A DNA stretch of 64,000 nucleotides from Squalus acanthias (Eukaryota), in the NCBI GenBank assembly GCA_030390025.1, contig CM059432.1, positions 136,278,001-136,342,000 of the forward strand. Direction: 5' to 3'. A program made the translations under genes and the position numbers. The notes beneath the pieces are model-generated. The model saw only the letters and a program-made list of their open reading frames with translations, was not told the DNA's origin and ran no database searches. Position 1 is the first letter of the stretch. The number at the start of each line of letters is the position of its first letter. Of this stretch, positions 50,745 through 64,000 are shown in pieces.

Positions 50745-51100
50745 TAGGGTTGCCAACTCTGGTTGGACATATTCCTGGAGGCCTCATCACATGACCTCCT
50801 GCCTCCAACTTCCCCACACTGCCGCAACTGGCCGCCCGACACGTCCATCCATGGGAAATGAACAGACTCTTCGTTACCTGATTGGATGATTCTTGACTCA
50901 CAATCAAATCGCTGTTTTTCGCCATGTCTAGTATTTTTTATAAATAATAAGCAAAAGTGTTCAAAGAAAATGAAAAAAAAAACCACCGCATTTTTTATTC
51001 CTCCTGTGATTTTTCCCTGGGTTTGCTCGTGGCAACGTTCTGGAGATTAGTCTTCAATTCCTGGAGACTCCCGGTCAATCCCGGAGGGTTGGCAATCCAA
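50745..51100. mobile_element. hAT-type non-autonomous DNA transposon (356 bp)
   Basis: TIRs TAGGGTTGCCAAC and GTTGGCAATCCAA; 8-bp TSD TGCCACAC/TGCCACAT. Confidence 0.85.
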
Positions 51101-52400
51101 TGCCACATGCCAGTGAAAAAAAATTCAGCTCATCTGCCACAGAGCAACGAGAATCTAAGAGACCAATCCATGTAAAAACTGATACTGCTCTTTAAAGCCT
51201 GTCCCGCACTCAGGCCAAAGGCACCATGATGTTGTACTTCACTCACTAAAATGGAAAGCTTCTTACTCTAGAGAAATCTTAGGTCTTTAATCAATTAGAC
51301 AAAATTGCCTATTAGGATCAAATTGTTAACCCCGTGCCCTTCCTGGACTACTTTTTAACAAGAAGCAATCAAGATGGCAAGGGGCAGAGGGTTAAGGAAA
51401 CATTATCCTCTTTTTTTCGTAGGCCCACCTAGGTTGGAATTCAACTCTATTAAAAATCAAGGCTGCAGTATAGAAACTTCAAGTCAGCAGTCTATTCGGA
51501 TTCCTTTCTTCAGGAGAATTATATTTTTACACTAGACAGAATGCCAATGGTCGGTCAAGATTTTTTATTGCGGCACCAACTTGTATTGTTTGAAGCAAGA
51601 TTAAGTTTAAGGGAGAATAAATCTGTGTGACAATTGTTACACTGAGCTGGTGTCAAAAGTTTCCAAACCTGGAGGTCTCTCGATTGGCACACAGGATGAC
51701 AATCTTCAGAACTTTTCATCCAGCTGCTCCTTGACCCTTCTGCTGCTAGTATTGGTTGAGCAGGACCCTGCAGGGCAGGGAGACTCAAAGTAGAGTCTTA
51801 ATGGAAGGAAAAGTGGCCTAAAGCCAGGAAAGCCCGCCAAAGGTAGGAGATATGAGAAGCATTTTTTTCCCCATTATTCAGATGGGAGGAATGGGTTAGA
51901 AGTCTTTACAGTGACAGTACATTTTCTTTATTCTTTAAGGACCCTGAACTTTAGGAGACAGTTATGACATTGTTAAAGAGCGTGCTGCGTACATTTGATT
52001 ACTTTTTTCAATTACTGTATCAGAAATGTTATAGCATCTTGAAATTGTCCTGTTGGATTCCATTAAATTTCATGAGATAAAGTGAAGCTCCTACAGAATT
52101 TGAATCCTATTGTTTTATACAGGCTAGAAGGATGAGGTTATAAAGATCCTACACATTGAGACAGGTGCATTTTAAATTGGAAATCCAATAGATCATTTTG
52201 ATAAAGGGAATTTTTTTTTAAAATTCAAATTTTTACCAACAATTTTTCTTCTAATTTCCATTATCGGCTAAAGTGTTGTTACACTATAGGTGCCTGTTTG
52301 AGACTGGATTTACCTGAGATTGGTGTCTGTTTGAGACTGGTGCCTGGTGTAGAATGGTACCTGTAAAAAAACTTTCACCTATTTGAGAATGGTCTATGTT

Positions 52401-53240
52401 TCAGGCTGTGGCTCAGTGGGTAGCACTCTCGTCTCTGAGTTAGAAGGTTGTGGGTTCAAGCCCCACTCCTGAGACTTGAGCACAAAAATCTAGGCTGACA
52501 TTCCAGTGCAGTGTTGAGGGAGTGCTGCACCGTCCGAGGTGCTGTCTTTCAAATCAGATGTTAAACCGAGGCCCTGTCTGCCCTCTAAGGTGGACATAAA
52601 AGATCCTATGGCACTATTTCATAAGAACATAAGAAACAGGAGCAGGAGTAGGCCAATCGGCCCCTCGAGCCTGCTCCGCCATTTAATAAGATCATGGCTG
52701 ATCCAATCTTGGCCTCAACACCACTTTCTGCTCTCTCCCCATACCCCTTGACTCCCTTGTAGTTCAAATGTCTGTCAATCTCCGCCTTGAATATATTCAA
52801 TGACTCCGCCTCCACAGCTCTCTGAGCAGAGAATTCCAAAGATTCACGACCCTCTCAGAGAAGAAATTCTTCCTCATCTCTGTCTTAAATGGGCGACCCC
52901 TTATTCTGAAACTATGCCCCCTAGTTCTAGATACCCCCCCCCACTAGGGGAAACATCCTCTCAGCATCCACCCTGTCAATCCCCCTCAGAATCTTAGATG
53001 TTTCAAAGAAGAGCAGGGGAGTTATCCCTGGTGTCCTGGGGCCAATATTTATCCCTCAGTCAACAGAACAAAAACAGATTATCTGGTCATTAGCACATTG
53101 CTGTTTGTGGGAGCTTGCTGTGCGCAATTGGCTGCTGTGTTTCCTACATTACAACAGTGACTACACTTCAAAAGTACTTCATTGGTTGTAAAGCGCTTTG
53201 GGACATCCTGAAGTTGTGAAAGGCGCTGTATAAAGTATTT
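52401..53240 (+). mobile_element. SacSINE1-like SINE interrupted by an antisense CR1 3' fragment (~52621-53003)
   Basis: The SINE sequence GGCACTATTTC|AAAGAAGAGCAGGG is continuous across the insert. Confidence 0.88.
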
Positions 53241-53279
53241 CTTTTAAGGTTAGAGTGACTTCACACCCAAATTATGACT

Positions 53280-53720
53280 GCATTCATATAGCGTCTTATC
53301 ATTCCAAGGTGCTTCGCAACCAATTCATTACTTTTGAAGTGTTGTCACTGTTGTTGTGAAGGTAGGCAAATGTAACTGTCAATTTGAACGCAGCAATGAT
53401 CCACAAGCAGAAAATGAGATTAATGATCAATTAATCTGTTTTTGGTGTTGTTGGAAGAAAGAATATTGGTCAGGATTTTGGGAGAGCTCCCTTGCTCTTC
53501 TTCAAATATTGCCATGGGAACTTTTACATCCACCTGAAACACTGGATCAGGCAGACTGGTTTAAAATCTCATCCGAAATATGGCACCTCTGACAATATAG
53601 CACCCCTCAGTACAGCACGGGAATATCGGTATAAATTATGTGCTCAAAACTGTAGTGGGACTTGAACTCACGAGCTTCTAATTCAGAGGCAAGAGTGCTA
53701 TGAACTGAGTCAAGTTGACA
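53280..53720 (-). mobile_element. SacSINE1-like SINE (degenerate)
   Basis: Diverged copy of 53985-54445. Confidence 0.65.
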
Positions 53721-53984
53721 CTATTGATGCAAAGTCTATTCTACAGGGAACAATGTAAAGAATATGTCACATCTTGTCCCACTGCACCCTGCAAGAGGTG
53801 TAACACATTGAAGAGGTCCAATAGCTTGCATTCATATGAAGTCTCTGATGTAAAAGTACATCGCGCAGCACTTTACGATGGAAGGAGGAGGAAAACAGCA
53901 AGCAAGAGACAGAAAAATTAAAGGGCAAAGGAAGAAACTGAAAGCACAATCAAAGAGATAGTAGGACCCAAATTTCCTCAGGAA

Positions 53985-54445
53985 AGAAAGACTTGCATTT
54001 ATATAGCACCTTTCACGACCACCGGACGTCTCAAAGCACTTCACAGCCAATGAAGTACTTTTTTTGAAGTGTAGTCACTGTTGTAATGTGGGAAACGCAG
54101 CAGCCAATTTGCACACAGCAAGCTCCCACAAACAGCAATGTGATAATGATCAGGTAATCTGTTTTTGTTATGTTGGTTGAGGGATTGGGCAAGACACTGG
54201 GGATAACTCCGCTGCTCTTCTTCGAAATAGTACCATGGGATCTTTTACGACCACCTGAGAGAGCAGACGGGGCCTCAGTTTAACGTCTCATCTGAAAGAC
54301 GGCACCTCTGACAGTACAGCGCTCCCTCAGCACTGCACTGGAGTGTCAGCCTAGCTTTATGTGCTCAAGTCCCTGGTAGTGGGACCTGAACCCACAACCT
54401 TCTGACTCAGAGGCAAGTGTGCTACCAACTGAGCCACAGCTGACA
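53985..54445 (-). mobile_element. SacSINE1-like Deu-SINE, full length
   Basis: Reverse complement of 41996-42450. Confidence 0.88.
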
Positions 54446-54670
54446 GCTAAAGGAAGCCTTTAAGGGTGTGGACCTGGGACAAGGCAGAACATCTGCCCAT
54501 CTGCTAGCTGTCCCAGTGAACCTATCTCATTTTCCAGGGTATTTGCATACAGCGGTTTGGTACCATTAATAGCGCAAGTGAGACACCTGCCTCAGAAAAC
54601 GAGCCGCAGGGCTTGACTTAAGTGTAAGGTTACGGGCCTGTAGAAATCACACCAAATAATTGACTGGTTT

Positions 54671-56432
54671 AATAGAATGGTTACAGCACAGAAGGAGGCC
54701 ATTCGGCCCATCAAGCCCGTGCCGGCTCACTGCAAGAGCACTTGAGCTAGACCCACTCCCCCCACCATTTCCCTGTAGCCCTGCAATTTGTTTTCCTTCA
54801 GGTACTTATCCAATGCCCTTTTGAAAGCCACAATTGAATCTGCTGTGAAGGAATAAGCCACATAACCTATTCAGAAAAATACACCATCTTATGAAAGAAT
54901 TCTGGCCTTGTTAAAACATGACAAACTGGGTTTGGAAATTTAGAAACTTAACTATGAAATAGCTGTGAAAGCATTCTGGCTATTGAGATAAGACAGTTGT
55001 TGACCCTAAATAAATAACCTTATTGAAACAGAAGGTGAAGGGCTCTGACAGGCTGACCTTTGGGAACAAAAACAATGGTTCACCATGGATAAGGTGTTCT
55101 AATTTACACTTCGTAAAGAGGCACATAAGATAAGGAACATCTGCCGTCGTAAAGATGACATAAAGTAAGGAACACCTGCCGGCACACCATATTTTATATG
55201 GTAAACTTAGAACACCTAGAGATGAGACACGATTCTGTAATGCTACCAGCTGATGTGGCAGTAAGAATTGCAGAGGTCGGCAGAAAGATGACTAGAGATA
55301 ATTAGCTTGCATCAGCAGAAAACCTTAAAGGAAATACCACTGGAAAAGGGTATAAATATTGAACTCTCAAATGGGATAGTAGACTCGCTTTAATCGGCCA
55401 AAGCGATTCTCAGCTTCAGAGGTAGCTCTGTAAGTCTCCAACTCTTTGTACCTCGGGGATCAAAGGTATTTGATTTTGGTGGATATCCTGTAGAACACTA
55501 AGAACTGTAATACTGTAGTGAAGTTAAGATTTAAAAGTAAGATTCTCTGATAACAAGATTGTATGTTTTCTCTTTTTGGCACTGTTAATGTTGCGATTGA
55601 CTCACCAACTGTAAATTACATGTCAGTTCATTAATAAATCTATATATTTTTAGAATTGTCTCACATAAGACTGCTGTATCAAAAACTCGCAAACTCAATC
55701 TCTGTACCCTCTTTGGTGAGGAGTTGCAGAATTCTGAGGGAGTTTTCCAGACCCTCATAATATCCGGAACGTTAGTCTAGCTAAACTTATTAAAAGTGCT
55801 ATCTGGAGGACGGTAACATTTTCAGGTTGTTCCTCTCCTTTAGGGAGAGATAGTCCGGACCTTTAGACCCAATTAAGCGTCTTTAGGATTCGGCTACCTC
55901 AAACTTTAGTTGAAAGTGAACGTCTTGAGAAATACGCCTGATCCGGGGTAGCCCTAAAGGGGCTAGGACTAGTAATTATCCCTTCACTGCCTCCACTACC
56001 CTTTCAGGCAGTGCATTCCAGATCATAACCACTTGCTGCGTAAAAAAGATTTTCCTCATGTCGCCTTTGGTTCTTCTGCCACTCACCTTAAATCTGTATC
56101 CTTTGGTTCTTGACCCTTCCGCCAATGGGAACAGTTTCTCTCTATCCACTCTGTCTAGACCCCTCATGATTTTGAATACCTCTATCTCCTCTCAACCTTC
56201 TCTGCTCTAAAGAGGATAACCCCAGCTTCTCCAGTCTATCCACATAACTGAAGTCACTCATCCCTGGAACCATTCTTGTAAATCTTTTCTGCACCCCCTC
56301 TAAGGCCTTCTCATCTTTTCTAACGTGCGGTGCCCAGAATTGGACACAATACTCCAGTTGAGGCCGAAGCAGTGTTTTATAAAGGTTCATCATAACTTCC
56401 TTGCTTTTGTGCTCTATACCTATATTTATAAA
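54671..56432 (-). mobile_element. 3' portion of a CR1 LINE, interrupted by a solo LTR
   Basis: [33 protein letters not shown]...WNALPERVVEA; 3' UTR at 54671-54840. Confidence 0.9.
54844..55986 (+). mobile_element. Solo LTR (1143 bp) of an ERV or Gypsy-type element
   Basis: TG...CA ends (TGTGAAGGAATAA and TTATCCCTTCA), 4-bp TSD CTGC (54840-54843, 55987-55990), TATAAA at ~55351, AATAAA at ~55633, 36-bp tandem repeat in the putative U3. Confidence 0.85.
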
Positions 56433-58637
56433 TACAAGAAGGCCTAAGATAGGTTTAGAGTGCATATGTGTAAATGCACAAAGTGCGGTAAATAAAGTTG
56501 GTGAGCTGCAGGTGCAAATAGCCACATGGGAATATGATGTTGTAGCGATAACAGAGACCTGGCTCAAAAAAGGGCAGGATTGGGTACTAAATATTCCTGG
56601 ATTTAAGGTGTTCAGGAAAGAAAGGATGTGGGGTGGCAGTATTGATTAAGGAGAATATTAAAGTGCTGGAGAGAGAGGATGTCCTGGAGGGGTCAAGGAC
56701 ACAATCTATTTGGTTAGAGTTAAGAATCAATAGAGGTGCCATTACACTACTAGATGTATTCTATAGGCCACCAACTAGTGGGAAGGGTATAGAGGAGCAA
56801 ATTTTCAGGTGCAAGAACTATATAGTGATAATGGGGGACTTCAATTATCTTAATATAGACTGGGATAGTAATAGTGTAAAGGGCAGTGAAGGGGAAGAAT
56901 TTCTGAAGTGTGTTCAGGAGAACTTTCTTGATCAGTAGGTTTCTGGTCCAACAAGGAAGGAGGCATTGCTGGATCTGGTTCTGGAGAATGAGGTGGGTCA
57001 TGTGGAGCAAGTGTCTATAGGGGAACATTTAGGAAACAACGATCATAGTATCATAAGGTTTAGATTAGCTATGGAAAAGGACAAGGAGCAATCAAGAGTA
57101 AAAATACTTAATTGGAGGAGGGCCAATTTCAGTGGGTTGAGAACAGATCTGACCTGGGTAAATTGGATTCAAAGATTGGCAGGCAAAACTTTAATCGAAC
57201 AATGGGCTGCCTTTAAAGAAGAATGGTTCGGGTACAGTCAAGGTATGTTCCCACGAGGGGGAAAGATAGGGAAACCAAAGCCAGAGCTCCCTGGATGACG
57301 AAAGAGATAGAGAGTAAGATGAAACAGAAAAAGGGGGCATATGACAGATGTCAGGTTGAGAATACAAGTGAGAACCAGGCTGAATATAGAAAGTGAAAAA
57401 GGAAATAAGAGGGGGAAAGAGAGAGTATGAGAATAGATGGGCAGCTAACATAAAATGGAATTTAAAAGTCTTCTATAGGCATATACATAATAAACAGGTA
57501 GTTAGAAGAGGGGTGGGGCCAATTAGGGACCAAAAAGGAGACCTACGCATGGAGGCAGAGGGCATGGCTGAGGTACTAAATGAGTACTTTGCATCTGTCT
57601 TTACCAAGGAAGAAGATGCTGCCAAAGTCATAGTGAAAGAGGAGGTAGTTGAGATATTGGATGGGATAAAAATTGATGAAGAAGAGGTAATAGAAAGGCT
57701 GGCTGTACTTAAAGTAGATAAGCCACCAGGACCGGATGGGATGCATTCTAGGATGCTGTGGGAGGTAAGGGTGGAAATCGCGGAGGTACTGGCCATAATC
57801 TTCCAATCCTCCTTGAATACGGGGCTGGTGCCGGAGGACTGGAGAATTGCAAATGTTACACACTTGTTCAAAAAATGTGTAAGGATAAATCCAGCAACTA
57901 CAGACCAGTCAGTTTAACCTCGGTAGTGGAGAAGCTTTTAGAAACGATAATCTGGGACAAAATTAACAGTCACTTGGACAAGTATGGATTAATTAAGGAA
58001 AGCAAGCATGGATTTGTTAAAGGCAAATCGTGTTTAACTAACTTAATTGAGTTTGTTGATGAGGTAACAGAGAGGGTTGATGAGGGCAATGAATTGATGT
58101 AGAGTACATGAATTTCCAAAAGTCGTTTGATAAAGTGCTACATAATAGGCTTGCCAGCAAAGTTGAAGCCCATGGAATAAAAGGGACAGTGGCAGCGTGG
58201 ATACGGAATTGGTTAAGTGACAGGAAACAGAGAGTAGTGGTGAACGGTTGTTTTTCGGACTGGAGGAAGGTATACAGTGGTGTTTAGGACCACTGCTTTT
58301 CTTGATATATATTAATGACTTGGACTTGGGTGTACAGGGCACAATTTCAAAATCTGCAGATGACACAAAACTTGGAAGTGTAGTGAACAGTGAGGAAGAT
58401 AGTGATAAACTTCAAGAGGACATAGACAAGCTGGTGGAATGGGCGGACACGTGGCAGATGAAATTTAATGCAGAAAAGTGCGAAGTGATACATTTTGATA
58501 GGAAGAACATGAAGAGGCAATATAAACTAAAGGGTACCATTCTAAAAGGGGGTGCACAAACAGAGAGACCTGGGGGTATATGTGCACAAATCGTTGAAGG
58601 TGGCAGGGCAGGTGGAGAAAATGGTTAAAAAAAGCTT
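56430..58637 (+). mobile_element. Decayed CR1 ORF2 5' portion (APE endonuclease, tether, RT), inverted relative to its 3' portion
   Basis: CICVNAQS..DVVAITETWL, YRPP, MGDFN, LDLVL, DH, PGPDG, NYRPVSLTS and SADD, ending at QVEKMVKKA; many frameshifts. Confidence 0.92.
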
Positions 58638-58734
58638 TCGTTTCCATAGGATGTAAACCCCAGCTTTTTAGGGTGAAATGTCTTCTTTTCAATTTAAAGG
58701 CATCACCCGTATCCACTGTTGCTAAGGGAGTGAA

Positions 58735-61238
58735 GCAAAGCTGGAAATGGAAGGCAGAAAATTAATAAGTGAGTTTGGAAGGCAGAGGAAACAAAGGCTA
58801 GAAAATAGACAACAAAGGGGTTTGGCAGTGCTTCATGGTATATACTTCAATGCAAGGAGTCTAGTGAATAAGGCAGATGAGCTGAGGGCATAGATGGACA
58901 CGTGGAAGTATGATATCATAGCCATTCTTGCTGAAAGAAGGGCAGGAATGGCAGCTCAACATTCCTGGTTACAGGGATTTCAGACGAGATAGAGAGGGGG
59001 ATAAAAAAGGAGGGGGGTCGCAATATTGGTTAAAGAAACAATTGCAGCTGTGAGGAGGATTGATATCTTAGAAGGATCATCAATTGAGGCCAAATGGGTT
59101 GAACTGAAAAACAAAAAGGGGCATTCACACTGCTGGAAGTGTAATATAGACCACTGAATAGTCAGAGGGAGATAGAAGAGCAAATATATAGGCAAATTTC
59201 TGAGAAGAAATTTCAAAGAAAAAGGGTGGGACTCCAAAATCTGGAGCCCCCTGGATGTCAAGAGGTATGCAGGGTAGAATAAGGCAAAAAGGAAAGCTTA
59301 TGTCAGATACCGAGAGCTAAATACTGCAGAAAGCCTAGAGGAGTATAGAAAGTGCAGGGGTGAAATTAAAAAGGAAATTAGGAAAGCAAAGAGAGGGCAT
59401 GAAAAAATATTGGCTAGTTAAATCAAGGAAATCCCAAAGATGTATCATAAATACATTAAGAGCAAAAGGATAAATAGGGCCTATTAGAGACCAAAAAGGT
59501 AATGTGTGTGTGGAGATAGAAGATGTGGGTATGGTTCTTAATGAATACTTAGCGTCTGTCTTCACAAACGAAAGGGACAATGCAGACATTGTAGTTAAGG
59601 AGGAGGAGGAGTGTGAAATATTAGATGAGATAAACATAGTGAGAGAGGAAGTATTAAGGGGTTTAGCATCGTTGAAAGTAAATAAATCGCCAGGCCCGGA
59701 TGAAATGTATCCCAGGCTGTTAAGAGAAGCAAGGGAGGAAATAGCAGAGGCTCTGGCCATCATTTTCCAATCCTCTCTGACTACAGGTGTGGTGCCAGAG
59801 GACTGGAGGATTGCTAATGTTGTACCGTTGTTTAAAAAGGGAGAAATGGATAGATCAAGTAATTAACAGGCCAGTCAACCTAACCTCGGAGTTGGGCAAA
59901 TTATTGGTAAACATTCTGAGGGACAGTATTAATCGTCATTTAGAAAGGCACGGATTAATCAAGGACAGTCAGCATGGATTTCTAAGGGAAGGTCGTGTCT
60001 GACTAACTTGATTGACATTTTTGAGGAGGTAACAAGGAGGGTCGATGAGGGTAATGCATTTGATGTAGTCTAAACAGATTTTAGCAAGGCTTTTGACAAG
60101 ATCCCACATGGTAGACTGGTCAGAAAAGTAAAAGCCCATGGGATCCAAGGGAAAGTGGATCCAAAATTGGCTCAGTGACAAAAAGCAAAGGGTCTACGGA
60201 TGTTTTTGTGACTGGGGGGCTGTTTCCAGTGAGGTTCTGCAGGGCTCAGTACTAGGTCCCTTGCTTTTTGTGTATATATCAATGATTTAGACTTCAATGT
60301 AGGGGGCATGATTAAGGAGTTTGCAGATGATACAAAAATTGGCCGTGTGGTTGATAGTGAGGAAGAAAGCTGTAGACTGCAGGAAGATATCAATGGACTG
60401 GTCAGGTGTGCAGAAAAGTGGCAAATGGAATTCAATCCGGAGAAGTGTGAGGTAATGCATTCGGAGAGGGCTAACAAGGCAAGGGAATACATAATAAATG
60501 GTAGGATACTGAGAAGCGTAGAGGAACAGAGGGACCTTGGAGTGCATGTCCACAGATCCCTGAAGGTAGCAGGGCAGGTAGGTAAGGTGGTTAAGAAGGC
60601 AAACAGGATACTTTCCTCTATTAGCTGATGCATAGAATATAAAAGCAGGGAGGTTATGCTTGAACTGTATGAAACATTAGTTAGGCCACAGCTAGAGTAC
60701 TGTGTACAGTTCTGGTCACCATACTACAGGAAAGATGTGATTGCACTAGAGAGGGTACAGAGGAGATTTACGAGGATGTTGCCAGGACTGGAGAATTTTA
60801 GCTATGAGGAAAGATTGGATAGGCTGGGGTTGTTTTCTTTGGAACAGAGGAGACTGAGGGGAGATTTAATTGAGGTGTAAAAAATTATGAGGGTCCTAGA
60901 TAGAGTGGATAGGAAGGACCTATTTATTTTAGCAGAGAGGTCACTAACCAGGGGGCATTGATTTAAAGTAATTGGTAGAAGGATTAGAGGGGAGTTGAGA
61001 ACTTTTTCCACCCAGAGGGTGGTAGGTGTCTGGAACTCACTGCCTGAAAGGCTGGTAGAGGCAGAAACCCTCAACGCATTAAAAAAGTACTTGTACATGC
61101 ATTTGAAGTGCCGTAACCTACAGGGCTATGGAACTAGAGCTGGAAAGTGCGATTAGGCTGGATAGCTCTTTTTCAGCTGGCACAGGCATGATGGGCCGAA
61201 TGGCCTCCATCTGTGCTGTAAATTTCTATGATTCTATG
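58735..61238 (+). mobile_element. Decayed CR1 LINE (APE start, internal deletion, RT, 3' UTR)
   Basis: [60 protein letters not shown] tail. Confidence 0.92.
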
Positions 61239-61446
61239 TTGGTTGAGGGATAAATATTGGCCAGGACATTGGGAGAACTCCCCTACTCTTCTTCAAAATA
61301 GTGCCATGGGATCTTTTATGTCCTCCCTCAATATCACACTGAGGTGTCAGCCTAGATTATGTGCTCAAGTCTCTGGAGTGGGACTGGAACCCACAACCTT
61401 CTGATGCAGAGGTGCGAGTCCTACCCACTGAGTCACAGCTGACACT
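61239..61446 (-). mobile_element. SacSINE1-like SINE 5' part abutting a CR1 tail
   Basis: Head and body match the other copies. Confidence 0.75.
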
Positions 61447-61964
61447 AAGAAATTTCAGTTCCAAGATTTGGAAGGAAGTGTCATAGGTGCGCAGGACATT
61501 GTACAATAAATGACTCAACTACGGAACTCTGAGGTTCATGAAGGCCACAGAAGGCCTCAGCAGAGATCCTTGACGAGGTTAATTCTTGGTTGGACATAAG
61601 AATAAGTTAGCAGTGGGTAGGGTGGAGGCAAAAGCAGGCAATTCTCTGCACGTGGAAATATGCATTTCTGGCAGTTGACTGGAAGTGGGGGTGAGAAGGT
61701 CAGCTCATGATCGAGCAGAATGCTAAGGTTGCACACTGCCTAGTTTATGCTGAACGGACAGTCAGTGAAGGAAAGAGTACTGGGGCTGGATGATATGGAA
61801 GCGTTGGCATGGAGCTGTCTTTAGCTGAAGATAAATAATGGAATGGAACTTGAATAGATAATGGATGCCACCTGAAAATCTGGTCCATCACCAGCTATTC
61901 TTTGCTCCTTGTAATATGTACAAGGATCCATTTTTTTCCCCGAGTAGGGAGCAATCCTGTATTT

Positions 61965-63612
61965 TTTTATATTTGTTCCTGGGATGTGGGCATTGCTGAA
62001 AAGGCCAGCATTTATTGCCCATCTCTAATTGCCCTTGAGAAGGTGGTGGTGGTGAGCTGCCTTCTTGAACCGCTGCAGTCCTTGTGGTGAAGGTACTCCC
62101 ACAGTGCTGTTAGGGAGGGAGTTCCAGGATTTTAGCCCAGCGACGATGAAGGAACGGCGATATATTTCCAAGTCAGGATGGTGTGTAACTTGGAGAGGAA
62201 CTTGCAGGTGATGCTGTTCCCATGCGTCTGCTGCCCTTGTCCTTCTAGGTGGTAGAGGTCACGGGTTTGAGAGGTGCTGCCGAAGAAGCCTTGGCAAGTT
62301 GCTACAGTGCATCTTGTAGATGGTACATACTGCAGCCACGGTGCACCGGTGGTGCAGGGAGTGAATGTTTAACATGGTGGATGGGGTGCCAATCAAGCGG
62401 GCTGCTTTGTCCTGGATGGTGTCGAGCTTCTTGAGTGTTGCTGGAGCTGCACTCATCCAGGCAAGTGAAGAGTATTCCATCACACTCCTGACTTGTGCCT
62501 TGTAGATGGTGGAAAGGCTTTGGGGAGTAAGGAAGTGAGACACTCACCGCAGAATACCCAGCCTCTGGCCTGTTCTTGTAGCCACAGTATTTATGTGGCT
62601 GGTCCGGTTAAGTTTCTGGTCAATGGTGACCCCCAGGATGTTGATGGTGGGGGATTTGGCAATGGTAATGCCATTGAATGTCAAGGGGCGGTGATTAGAC
62701 TCTCGCTTATTCGAGATAGTCATTGCCTGGCACTTGTGTGGGGCGAATGTTACTTGCCACTTATCAGCCCAAGCCTGAATGTCATCCAGGTCTTGTTGCA
62801 TGCAGGCATGGACTGCTTCATTATCTGAGGAGTTGTGAATAAAACTGAACACTGTGCAATCGTCAGCGAACATCCCCATTTCTGGCCTTATGATGGAGGG
62901 AAGGTCATTGATGAAGCAGCTGAAAATGGTTGGGCCTAGGACACTGCCCTGAGTAACTCCTGCAGCGATGTCCTGGGGCTGAGATGATTGACCTCCAACA
63001 ACCACAACCATCTTCCTTTCTGCTAGGTATGACTCCAGCTAATGGAGAGTTTTCCCCCTGATTCCAATTGACTTCAATTTTACTAGGGCTCCTTGATGAC
63101 ACACTCAGTCAAATGCTGCCTTGATGTCAAGGGCAGTCACTCTCACCTCACCTCTGGAATTCAGCTCTTTTGTCCATGTTTGGACCAAGTCTGTAATAAG
63201 GTCTGGAGCTGAGTGGTCCTGGCGGAACCCAAACTGAGCATCGGTGAGCAGGTTATTGGTGAGTAAGTGCCGCTTGATAGCACTGTCGACAACACCTTCC
63301 ATCACTTTGCTGATGATTGAGAGTGGACTGATGGGGTGGTAATTGGCCGGATTGGATTTGTCCTGCTTTTTGTGGACAGGACATACCTGGGCAGTTTTCC
63401 ACATTGTCGGGTAGATGCCAGTGTTGTCGCTGCACTGGAACAGCTTGACTAGAGGCGCGGCTAGTTCTGGAGCACAAGTCTTCAGCATGACAGCCGGGAT
63501 GTTGTCGGGACCCACAGCCTTTGCTGCATCCAGTGTGCTCAGCCGTTTCTTGATATCACGTGGAGTGAATCGAATTGGCTGAAGACTGGCTTCTGTGATG
63601 GTGGAGACCTCA
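61965..63612 (-). mobile_element. LINE B with a decayed RT domain
   Basis: MGPDNIP..NYHPIS..QFGFR..LDIKAAFD, GVTQGSVLGP and FADD; 3' UTR and A-rich tail. Confidence 0.93.
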
Positions 63613-64000
63613 GGAGGAGGCCTTTCCTCCTAGGATGAAACCAGGAACTCAGTTTGATGGGATCATGGACAGCAAGAAACATCCTACACTTGGTACTCCT
63701 ATACATTATGGCCCCATGCCACCAACAGCATCTCATTTTCAATAATACTCTAGTCACATAGCCACAAAAAAAATTTGTCTTATCTGCACATTTTTTTCCA
63801 AATCAATTCTTGTCATTAAAGTGACGTAAAAGCAGCAACCCTAATTGTAAGTGAATAAAAGATGCCTATTCCTTAATAACTGCAGACTAGACTGGAACGG
63901 AGGACAGTAAACTCACCACAACTAGACAGATCTTGTGAATTGTCTACAGTCTGATGGTCCCAGAGTATACTTTCTACAATATTTGTGTCCTTAATGCGAT

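Overview
This is eukaryotic, repeat-dominated non-coding DNA (intronic or intergenic) from a cartilaginous fish, most likely an elasmobranch shark. The evidence is an HE1-type V-SINE, SacSINE1-like Deu-SINEs and abundant HER1/CR1 LINEs. I found no supportable host protein-coding exon. The recognisable ORFs in the track are fragments of decayed retroelement ORF2 (CR1 and a second APE-RT LINE family), and the rest look like chance ORFs. The window also holds L2 tails, three SINE families, many PIF/Harbinger-type MITEs (some nested), a hAT MITE, a 41-bp minisatellite and several repeat-free islands that look like enhancers. Highlights: (i) three minimal hammerhead-ribozyme motifs in Penelope-type repeats, one inside a small, complete Penelope insertion with an inverted pseudo-LTR and a 12-bp TSD; (ii) a ~4-kb CR1 with twin-priming (5'-inversion) geometry, later hit by a 1143-bp solo LTR; (iii) a MITE flanked by a perfect 40-bp duplication; (iv) LF-SINE-like sequence. 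Family names come from motif recognition and recall, not database searches. Repeat boundaries are approximate unless a TSD is quoted.
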